Positions 50,179-60,165 of a stretch of DNA of 64,000 bases are shown here, in pieces. Position 1 is the stretch's first letter; each line of letters starts with the position of its first letter. The stretch is from Malacoraja senta (taxonomy: Eukaryota). Where the stretch lies: NCBI GenBank assembly GCA_038087875.1, contig CM075987.1, forward strand, positions 16,928,001 to 16,992,000. The letters run 5' to 3'. The notes beneath the pieces are model-generated. The model had not been told where the DNA came from. It saw only the letters and a program-made list of their open reading frames with translations, and made no database searches. Both the position numbers and the translations under genes were made by a program.

Positions 50179-53073
50179 GTGACAGGAGGATCCAGAATGT
50201 GTGAAGATAAAGCTCTAGATGTAAAAGGGGCAAAAACAGAAAGGAAGGGTAGTAAAAATCATCTGAAAGTACTGTATCTAAATGCACGGAGTATTCGAAA
50301 TAAGATAAATGAATTAACGGTGCAATTAAGTACATATAGTTATGATATCGTGGCCATTACGGAGACATGGCTGCAAGGGGATCAGGATTGGGAGTTAAAT
50401 ATAGAGGGGTACTCGACAATTAGAAAAGATAGACAGGAAAGAAAGGGAGGAGGGGTGGCCCTTTTAATAAGGGAGGGAATAACGGCAATAGAGAGGAAGG
50501 ATATTGCGTTGAAGGATCAGGATAGTGAAACAGCTTGGATACAGATAGAGAATAACAAGGGGAAAAAAACACTAGTGGGTGTAATTTATAGACCTCCAAA
50601 TAGCTGTGACGCTGTTAGTCAGAACATAAATCTGCAAATAGTTGACGCATGTAAAAAGGGAACTGCTGTAATCATGGGGGACTTCAATTTTCATATTAAT
50701 TGGGCAAACCAAACTGGGCAGGGTAGACTAGAGGAAGAGTTTATAGAATGTATTAGAGACGGGTTCCTAGAACAGTATGTCACAGAACCGACAAGGGGGG
50801 AGGCAATCTTGGATCTGGTCCTGTGTAATGAAGCAGGATTAATTAAAAATGTCATAGTTAGGGACTCGTTGGGAACAAGTGACCACAATATGGTCGAATT
50901 CCATATTCAAATAGAAGGGGAGCAGGTTGAAACTCAGGCTAGGGTACTTAGTCTAAATAAGGGGGATTATGAAGGTATGAGGACTGAGCTGATCAAAGTT
51001 GACTGGGATAGCAGACTCAAGAATAAGACGGTACATGAGCAGTGGTGTACGTTTAAGGATCTACTGTATAACCTTCAAGAAAAATTTATTCCTATGAAGA
51101 AAAAAAGGGGTAAGGGAAAGAACAGTCAGCCATGGCTCAGTAAAACTATAAAGGATAGTATTCGGCTGAAGGCAAGGGCATATAAGGTAGCTAGAGATAG
51201 TGGGAGGGTAGAGGATTGGGAAGCATTTAAAGGTCAGCAAAAAATAACTAAGAGATTAATTAAGACGGGGAAAATAGACTATGAAAGGAATTTAGCGAAC
51301 AACATAAAAACTAATAGTAAGAGTTTTTATAGCTATATAAAAAGAAAAAGGGTGGCTAAGGTGAACGTTGGTCCATTGGAGGGTGAGACTGGAGAGTTGT
51401 TGGTGGGGAACATGGAAATGGCAAAGGCATTAAACGAGTATTTTGTATCAGTCTTCACCATAGAAGACACAAAAAATATTCCAACGCTGGATAAACAGGG
51501 GGCGGTAGGAATGGAGGAGCTAAATACTATTAAGATCACCAAGGAGGTGGTATTAGGGAAATTAATGAGACTGAAGGAGGATAAATCCCCTGGGCCTGAT
51601 GGATTACATCCAAGGGTCTTGAGGGAGATAGCGGTGGGGATTGTGGATGCATTGGTGATAATTTTCCAAAACTCCCTGGAGGCAGGAACGGTCCCAGTGG
51701 ATTGGAAAATGGCCAATGTAACACCTATATTTAAAAAAGGAAGTAAACAGAAGGCGGGTAACTATAGACCGGTTAGTCTAACATCGGTGGTGGGTAAAAT
51801 GTTAGAGACAATTATTAAAGAAACACTAACGGGGCACTTGGATAAACATGACTTCATCGGACAGAACCAGCATGGTTTTGTGAAGGGGAAGTCCTGTTTA
51901 ACGAATCTGCTCGAATTCTTTGAGGAAGTAACAACCCGGGTGGATAAAGGGGAACCGGTGGATGTGGTATACTTGGACTTCCAAAAGGCTTTTGACAAGG
52001 TGCCACATAAGAGACTATTGCTAAAAATAAAAAATTATGGGATTGGGGGTAATATATTAGCATGGGTAGAGGATTGGCTAACAAATAGGAAGCAGAGAGT
52101 GGGGATAAATGGTTCATACTCGGGATGGCAACCGGTAACTAGCGGGGTTCCGCAAGGGTCGGTGCTGGGACCCCAGTTGTTCACAATTTATATAAATGAT
52201 TTGGAGGAGGGAACCAAGTGTAATATATCAAAATTTGCGGACGATACAAAAATGGGAGGAAAAGTAGGGGATGAGGAGGATAGGAAGAGTCTGCAAAAGG
52301 ATATAGATAAGCTAGGTGAGTGGGCAACAACTTGGCAGATGAAATTTAATACTAATAAATGTGAAGTCATTCACTTTGGGAAAAAAAATGATAGGGCAAG
52401 TTATTTTCTAAATGAGGTGGAGCTGCGTTGTAATGCAATGCAAAGGGATCTAGGGGTAGTAGTACATGAATCACTAAAAGTTAGTATGCAGGTGCAGCAA
52501 GCAATCAGGAAGGCCAATGGAGTTTTGGCCTTTATTGCTAGGGGGATTGAGTATAAAAACACGGAGGTCTTGCTGCAGCTGTACACAGTATTAGTGAGAC
52601 CACATTTGGAATACTGTGTACAGTTCTGGGGTCCATACTTAAGAAAGGATGTACTGGCCCTGGAGGCAGTGCAGCGAAGGTTTACAAGATTAATTCCTGC
52701 AATGAGGGGATTGACATATGAGGAAAGGTTAAGTAGGCTGGAACTCTACTCTTTGGAGTTTAGAAGAATGAGAGGCGATCTCATTGAAACATATAAGATC
52801 GTGAGGGGCCTTGATCGGGTGGATGCACCGAGGATGTTCCCAATGATCGGGGAAACTAGAACTAGGGGACATAGTTGTAGAATAAGAGGGGGCTCTTTTA
52901 AAACTGAGATGAGGAACAACTTCTTCACCCAGAGGGTGGTTAATTTATGGAATTCACTGCCCCAGGGAGCAGTGGAAGCAGAAACATTAAATATATTTAA
53001 GTCTAAAATAGATGTTTTTTTAGCTGCCAAGGGGATAAGGGGCTACGGGGAGAGGGCAGGGATATGGACCTAG
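50179..53073 (+). CDS. CR1 ORF2 APE endonuclease / reverse transcriptase, 964 aa, uninterrupted (frame open from 50065)
   Basis: 'YLNARS', 'ITETWL', 'YRPP', 'GDFN', 'SDH', 'NYRPVSLTS', 'DFQKAFD', '[10 protein letters not shown]' and 'FADD'. Confidence 0.96.
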   Translation: MTGGSRMCEDKALDVKGAKTERKGSKNHLKVLYLNARSIRNKINELTVQLSTYSYDIVAITETWLQGDQDWELNIEGYSTIRKDRQERKGGGVALLIREGITAIERKDIALKDQDSETAWIQIENNKGKKTLVGVIYRPPNSCDAVSQNINLQIVDACKKGTAVIMGDFNFHINWANQTGQGRLEEEFIECIRDGFLEQYVTEPTRGEAILDLVLCNEAGLIKNVIVRDSLGTSDHNMVEFHIQIEGEQVETQARVLSLNKGDYEGMRTELIKVDWDSRLKNKTVHEQWCTFKDLLYNLQEKFIPMKKKRGKGKNSQPWLSKTIKDSIRLKARAYKVARDSGRVEDWEAFKGQQKITKRLIKTGKIDYERNLANNIKTNSKSFYSYIKRKRVAKVNVGPLEGETGELLVGNMEMAKALNEYFVSVFTIEDTKNIPTLDKQGAVGMEELNTIKITKEVVLGKLMRLKEDKSPGPDGLHPRVLREIAVGIVDALVIIFQNSLEAGTVPVDWKMANVTPIFKKGSKQKAGNYRPVSLTSVVGKMLETIIKETLTGHLDKHDFIGQNQHGFVKGKSCLTNLLEFFEEVTTRVDKGEPVDVVYLDFQKAFDKVPHKRLLLKIKNYGIGGNILAWVEDWLTNRKQRVGINGSYSGWQPVTSGVPQGSVLGPQLFTIYINDLEEGTKCNISKFADDTKMGGKVGDEEDRKSLQKDIDKLGEWATTWQMKFNTNKCEVIHFGKKNDRASYFLNEVELRCNAMQRDLGVVVHESLKVSMQVQQAIRKANGVLAFIARGIEYKNTEVLLQLYTVLVRPHLEYCVQFWGPYLRKDVLALEAVQRRFTRLIPAMRGLTYEERLSRLELYSLEFRRMRGDLIETYKIVRGLDRVDAPRMFPMIGETRTRGHSCRIRGGSFKTEMRNNFFTQRVVNLWNSLPQGAVEAETLNIFKSKIDVFLAAKGIRGYGERAGIWT

Positions 53074-53733
53074 GTATGGTTAGTATAGTAAGACCTGAGT
53101 GATCTCCTGGACAAGTGTCGATCGCCTGGATTGGGGTCGGAGAGGAATTTCCCGGATTTTTTTCCCGAATTGGACCTGGGTTTTTATCCGGTTTTTTGCC
53201 TCCCCCAGGAGATCACACGGTTCTTGGGGTGGAGAGGGGTGATAGCGATATAAAGGGGAGGGTAGTGTCTTGTGTTCTGTGTCTTGTGTCTACTGTTTGT
53301 GGGTAAGGGTGTCTGTTTAGTGTTCAGCCATGAGCGAATGGCGGTGCGGGCTCGATGGGCCTAGTGGTCTACTCTCGCACCTACTTTCTATGTTTCTATG
53401 CTATGAGGATGCAGGGTGACTTGGACAGGTTGGGTTAGTGGGCAGATGCATGGCAGATGTAGTTTAATGTGGATAAATGTGAGGTTATCCACTTTGGTGG
53501 CAAAAACAGGAAGGTAGATTATTATCTAAATAGTCAAGTTGGGAAAAGGGGAAGTACAATGTGATCTGGGGGTCCTTGTTCATCAGTCAATGAAAGTAAG
53601 CATGCAGGTACAGCAGGCAGTGAAGAAAGCGAATGGGATGTTGGCCTTTATAACAAGAGGAGTTGAGTATAGGAGCAAAGAGGTCCTTCTGCAGTTGTAC
53701 AGAGCCGTAGTGAGACCACACCTGGAATATTGT

Positions 53734-53905
53734 TTAAGAAGGAACTGCAGATGCTGGAAAAATCGAAGGTAGACAAAAATGCTGGAGAAACTCAGCGGGT
53801 GAGGCAGCATCTATGGAGCGATGGAATAGGTGATGGTTCAGGTCGAGACCCTTCGCTCCATAGATGCTGCCTCACCGGCTGAGTTTCTCCAGCATTTTTG
53901 TCTAC
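53734..53905. mobile_element. Palindromic Penelope-derived insertion with 13-bp TSD
   Basis: TSD cctgga(a/g)tattgt at 53721-53733 and 53906-53918. Internal inverted repeat gtagacaaaaatgctggagaaactcagc…gctgagtttctccagcatttttgtctac. Confidence 0.8.
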
Positions 53906-55390
53906 CCTGGAGTATTGTGTGCAGTTTTGGTCTCCCAATTTGAGGAAGGACATTCTTGTTATTGAGGGAGTGCAGCGTAGGTTCACAAGGTTAATTCCCG
54001 GAATGGTGGGACTGTCATATGGTGATCGAATGGAGTGGCTGGGCTTGTACATTCTGGAATTTAGAAGGATGAGAGAGGATCTTATTGAAACATATAAGAT
54101 TATTAAGGGTTTGGACACGCTAGAGGCAGGAAACATGTTCTCGATGTTGGGGGAGTCCAGAACCAGGGGCCACAGTTTAAGAATAAGGGGTAAGCCATTT
54201 GGAACGGAGATGAGGAAAAACTTTTTCACACAGAGTGTTGTGAGTCTGTGGAATTCTCTGCCTCAGAGGGCAGTGGAGGCAGGTTCTCTGGATGATTTCA
54301 AGAGAGAGCTGGACAGAACTCTTAAAGATAGTGGAGTCAAGGGATATGGGGGGAAGGCAGGAACGGGGTACAGATTGTGGATGATCAGCCTTGAACACAT
54401 TGAATGGCGGTGCTGGCTGGAGGGGCCGAATGGCCTACTCCTGCACCTATTGTCTATTGTCTATTGTTATGGGGAGGGCTGGAGAAAGAGATTGAGTGGA
54501 AATGATAGATCAGCTATGATTGAATAGCGGAATACACTGAATTGGCCGAATGGCCTTCTTCTGCTCCTATGACTTATGAAGTTATGAACTAAATTATATA
54601 CCCTTTACCCTGCATCTGTATACTGTGAACTGCTTGATTGTAATCATGAATAGTGTTTTTGTTGACTGGGTAGTGCACAAGCAAAAAGCATTTCACTGTA
54701 CCTTGGTAAATGTGACAATAACTAAACTAAACTCTAAGCAGGACTTTGCTACCAGTGCACTCCATACAATAACTGACTTGATGACATAGGAATTAATTTA
54801 CAAAAAATAGCCTCTCGATTCTGCCAATTCCTAAATCTCTCCTGCTTCACTGTCCTCTCCCCATTGACCTTTCATGTCTCCTTCAGATCCACCCTCCCAC
54901 GTAACCCATAACCCCCTCCCTCCCTGTCACTTGGCCCTCTCCATCCATGCTCTGGGCACCACAATGCCCGTGCACTCGCTCGCATACACACATGTGCGCA
55001 CACACAGTGAGTCCACCGACTCACAGACACATTGCCCCACTCACTAACCCTCCTGTGCATCAAACTACCCACATTCCAACCATTCCTACCTGGCTAGCCC
55101 ACTCACTGATGGTGCCTCTCATGGCCATGCACACCCACTCACTTGCACCCGAGTAATCAACTCGAGACTGCATCGATCATTCTTTAACCTCCACAGAAGC
55201 TCACTGACCATAACTGGCTGTCCACAATGAAATGGATGAAAAGGAAGTAGATGTACAAGGTGGTTACCACAATTCATGCTATCAGAATCTAATCTGCAGA
55301 AAAAGTAGTGACCACTGATTGACCAGCAGCAGTGACCACTCTAATGCTCTGCTTGCGATGGTCCTTAATTTATAATGCGTGCTTTTTCAG

Positions 55391-55474
55391 TTCCCGCAGG
55401 ATCAAGGTCTGACCAGGATGAGGATACCCGAAAGGCTGCTAGTACAGACATAATGGTCTCTTGTGCTCACACAG
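55391..55474 (+). CDS. Candidate host-gene exon (84 bp, phase 1-1): PAGSRSDQDEDTRKAASTDIMVSCAHT
   Basis: Acceptor gtgctttttcag| and donor cag|gtaaga. Unique-looking sequence with an open frame. Confidence 0.6.
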
Positions 55475-55879
55475 GTAAGAAACAGCAATATCCGCCTAAC
55501 TTTGCTTATAGACAATAGACAATAGGTGCAGGAGTAGAGCATTCGGCCCTTCAAGCCAGCACCGCCATTCTATGTGATTCAATTGAATCAAGCTAATCAC
55601 TCATTCCTCTAATCAACTACCTCCATAAGAACGTAAGATGGAGAAGTAGGATTAGACCATTCTTGGCCTGTGTCTCCTCTGCCATTCTGAGAGGATGTCT
55701 GCATGGACAAAGGGCCTGTTTCCGTGCCGTATGATTTGGTCTGATCCTTATCTCAGCAACACTCTCCTTCCGTGAGCAGATATTCCCAGAATCCAAAATC
55801 ATTCCAAAATCTATTTATCTCTGCCATGAATATTCTTCCAGAGCGATGCATTCCAAATGTTCCATTCTCTCGATATAAC

Positions 55880-57490
55880 CATATAACCATTACAGCACGG
55901 AAACAGGCCATCTCGGCCCTTCAAGTCCGTGCCGAACATTTAAAAAAAATTTTTTTTTTTTAATTAAAAATAAATACTTCCCCCTAGTCCCATCTACCTG
56001 CACTCAGACCATAACCCTCCATTCCTTTCCCGTCCATATACCCATCCAATCTATTTTTAAAGGATAAAATCGAACCTGCCTCCACCACTTCCACTGGACG
56101 CTCATTCCACACAGCTACCACTCTCTGAGTAAAGAAGTTCCCCCTAATGTTACCCCTAAACTTCTGTCCCTTAATTCTCAAGTCATGTCCCCTTGTTTGA
56201 ATCTTCCCTACTCTCAATGGGAAAAGCTTATCAACTCTGTCTAACCCGCTCATCATTTTAAAGACTTCTATCAAGTCCCCCCTTAAAGGTCTGTCTCACG
56301 AATCTGCGGTCATTGGCGGCGAAACGGGAAGAATCTGCCGCCATAGACCGTGCACTCGTGAGAAAGAACAATTCCCGGGCCGTGCGACGGTGTTCCCAAA
56401 ACCGCGCGGTGCAAAAATAAAATCGACAATGTCGAAAACACTATACTCACCGCACAACCTCCACCAGTGATGCACGAGTGCGCACGGCCGCTCGCACGGG
56501 CCGCCGCCAGTGTGGGTCGAGCGCCGTGCGTCAAACCTCCTCTGCCACAGCCTCCGCCAGTGACGCACGTGCCGCCGCCAGTGAGGCACGTGTGCTGCGC
56601 GGCCGCAGGTACAGCCACCGCTACAGCGCCGCGATCAGGATGGCCGCCGCCACAGCCGCCGCTGGTGAGTCACGTGCGGGGGGCCGACGTCATCGCAGTC
56701 GGCCCGCCCTTTTTTTACTTACCGCAAGCACGTGGGACCCGCCGTGTTTGAATTAACTCGGCCCCCGCGCAACATCCGTGCGGCGCTCCAGTGGATAGGC
56801 TCGACGCTCTCGCCGTTGCCGCGCGGTCCTCGCTACCGGCGACGCCGCGCTTCACCGCCGATGACCGCAAACAGGTAAGACACGGCCTTAAAGGCCTTGG
56901 ACCTTCTGCGCTCCAAAGAATAACGACCTAGCTTGTTCAACCTTTCTCTGTAACTTAGTTGCTGAAACCCAGGCAACATTCTAGTAAATCTCCTCTGTAC
57001 TCTCTCTATTTTGTTGACATCCTTCCTATAATTAGGCGACCAAAATTGTACTCCATACTCCAGAATTGGCCTCACCAATGCCTTGTACAATTTTAACATT
57101 ACATCCCAACTTCTATATTCAATGCTCTGATTTATAAAGGCCAGCACACCAAAAGCTTTCTTTACCACCCTATCTACATGAGATTCCACCTTCAGGGAAC
57201 TAGGCACAGTTATTCCTAGATCCCTCTGTTCAACTGCATTCCTCAATTCGCTACCATTTACCATGTACGTCCTATTTTGATTTGTCCTGCCGAGATGTAG
57301 CACCTCACATTTATCAGCATTAAACTCCATCTGCCATCTTTCAGCCCACTCTTCCAAATGGCCTAAATATCTCTGTAGACTTTGAAAATCGACTTCATTA
57401 TCCACAACACCACCTATCTTAGTATCATCTGCATACTTACTAATCCAATTTTCCACACCATCATCCAGATCATTGATGTACATGACATAC
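55880..57490 (-). mobile_element. CR1-clade 3' fragment (distinct subfamily) interrupted by a MITE
   Basis: 'YINDLDDGVENWISKYADDTK…YSLERRR' and 'IEVFKMM…GRWD'. Confidence 0.88.
56287..56888. mobile_element. GC/CpG-rich PIF/Harbinger-like MITE with imperfect ~38-bp TIRs and TAA TSD
   Basis: taa|aggtctgtctcacgaatctgcggtcattggcggcgaa … ttcaccgccgatgaccgcaaacaggtaagacacggcct|taa. Confidence 0.72.
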
Positions 57491-59120
57491 AACAGTGATG
57501 GAAGCTATTCTCTCGTTGTAGATTACTTATATTGGTACTGTCACCCCTTGGTTCTGAACACCCCTGCCAAGGGGAAAAAATGATGAAAATTAAAAGGAAT
57601 ATAGATTGTGGAAATCTGAAAGAAAATAGACAATACTGGAATCACTCAACTGGTCAGGCAGCATCAGTGGAAAGAGAAACAGTGATTGTGCAGTGATAGA
57701 GCGATTCAGCACAGAAACAGGTGTTTGCTTCAACTCACACAGGCAGATGAGATCAGTTCAGCTTGGCATCATGTTCACACAGACATTGTGGGCTGAAAGA
57801 CCTGTTCTTTCTTCATGCATGCTGTCCAAGATGCCCCATCGAAGCTAGCCCTGTTTGCCATGTTTGGCCCATCTCCCTCTAAACCTTTCCTATCCATGTA
57901 CTTGTCCAAGTGTCTTTTAAATGCTGCAACAGTACCTGCCTCACTACAGTACATCCTCTGGCAGCTCATTCCATCCATCCATCACACTCTGTGTAAAAGT
58001 TGCCCCTCAGGTTCCTAGTAAATCTTTCCCCACTTATCTTAAACCTGTGTCCCCCGGCTCTTGATTCCCCTACTCTGGGTAAAAGATTCTGTGCATTTAT
58101 CCTATCTATTTCCCGCATGATTGTATGCAAGTCTACAAGACCAAGGAGGAGGACATGGAGGACTGTGAGATCAGTGTGGAGAACACTAATTTGCAGTGGC
58201 AGTTTGATATTCAGGAGGAGGTTTTGGATCTCTTGAAGAGCATTAAGATAGATGAATGCCCAGGACCTGGGGATCTCTGCATCTTCGCGAGCCACAGGCA
58301 AGATCCCAGAGGACAGGAGAGTAGCTAATAGACAATAGGTGCAGGAGTTGGCCATTCGGCCCTTCGAGCCAGCTGATCATCCCCAATCAGTACCCCGTTC
58401 CTGCCTTCTCCCCGTATCCCCTGACTCCGCTATTTTTAAGAGCCCAATCTAGCTCTCACTTGAAAGCATCCAGAGAACCTGCCTTCACCGCCCTCTGAGG
58501 CAGAGAATTCCACAGACTCACCACTCTCTGTGAGAAAAAGTGTTTCCTCGTCTCCGTTCTAAATGGCTTACCCCTTATTCTTAAACTGTGGCCCCTGGTT
58601 CTGGACTCCCCCAACATCGGGAACATCACTAACATGTTGTTCCTTTGGAAGGGAAGTAGAGAGAATCCAGGGAATAATAGGTTGTTGAGCCTCACATCAG
58701 AGGTAGGTAAGCTATTTAGACGAGGGAATTAAATGTAACATCTCTAAGATTGCGGATGACAGTGTGAGCTGCAAGGAGGATGCTATGAGGCTGCAGGGTG
58801 ACTTGGATAGGTTAGGTAAGTGGGCAGAATGCGAGGTTATCCATTTTGGTGGCAAGAACAGGAAGGCAGATTATTATCTGAATGGTGTCAGATTAGGAAA
58901 AGGGGAGGTGCAACGAGACCTGGGTGTCCTTGTACATCAGTCACTGAAAGTAAGCATGCAGGTACAGCAGGCAATGAAGAAAGCTAATGGAATGATGGCC
59001 TTCAATGCGAGAGGATTTGAGTTTAGGAGCAAGGAGGTCCTACTGCAGTTGTACAGGGCCCTGGTGAGACCGCGCCTGGAGTATTGTGTGCAACTTTGGT
59101 CTCCTAATTTGAGGAAAGAC

Positions 59121-59850
59121 CACCAGGGGCGCTGAAGGATTGGCAGCCCTGCCAACAGTCTGTTTTTTAAAAAATATATATATTTTTAGTGCGTTTTATT
59201 AGTTTGTGTAAATGTTCTCCCATTTGTTTTATGTGGGGGGGGGGGAGGGGGGGAGTTGGCAGGGGAAACCTTTTTTTTCAGTTTCTTTCGTTGCCGGAGA
59301 CGCGATGATTCCAGGTCGCGTCTCCGGTCGCTTTGCGGCCTATCATCGATGGAGCTGGAGGTTTCCTCGGACTGACCTTGGGCCCCACAGCGGGACGCGG
59401 ACTTAATATCGGAGCCAATCCCTTGCTCCAACTGTGGCCTGCGGACTTACCATCATATCCTCGCAGTCTCAGGAGAGGCTTGTGGAAGCTCTGACGAACG
59501 CAGAAGCTCGACCAGCCCCGACGCAGGGGTTCGATCGCACGGCGCGGGGGAGCTGACATCCCCCCTGATGCAGGAGCTGATCACCCCGCCGGCTACGGGA
59601 GTGAAGATCGTCCCGTCAACTGAGGACTCGAGGCCCCCGACCGCAGGAGAGCTAAGGGAAGAGATTAAACTTTTTTCGCCTTCCATCACAGAGAGGAATG
59701 TGGAGTCTCTGTGGTGGATGTTTATGCTAAAATATGTTTTGTGTGTTCTGTTGATTTTTATTTGTATGATTGACCTGGCAAATGAAATTCCTTGTATGTT
59801 GCAAAACATACTTGGCTAATAAAGTATTATTGTGATTGTGATTGCGATTG
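59121..59850 (+). mobile_element. Non-coding composite retroposon (longest copy) inserted in CR1 58715-60145
   Basis: T-rich/G-run head, GC-rich core, aataaa + (gattgt)n tail. Confidence 0.65.
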
Positions 59851-60165
59851 CTTTTGAGGGAGTGCAGCGTCGGTTCACCAGGTTAATTCCCGGGATGGCA
59901 AGACGGACATATAATGAAAGAATGAGTCGACTGGGCTTGTCTTCACTGGAATTTAGGATGAGAGAGGATCTTATAGAAACATATAACATTTTTAAAGGAT
60001 TGGACAAGCTAGATGCAGGAAAAATGTTCCCGATGTTGGGGTAGTCCAGAACCAGGGGTCACAGTTTAAGAATAAGGGGTAGGCCATTTCGGACTGAGAT
60101 GAGGAACAACTTTTTCACCCAGAGAGTTGTGAATGTGTGGAATTCTCTTAAGCAGTATGTGGGGG

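Larger units (their letters stand above)
49249..53397 (+). mobile_element. Young CR1 LINE, 5'-truncated within ORF1, intact ORF2, 5-bp TSD atgct
   Basis: TSD at 49244-49248 and 53398-53402. Tail tttctatgtttct. Confidence 0.95.
48720..54468 (+). mobile_element. Older CR1 RT fragment (host: 48720-49248 and 53398-54468)
   Basis: Flanks rejoin as gaggatgct|atgaggatgcagggtgac. (ctattgt)n tail. Confidence 0.85.
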
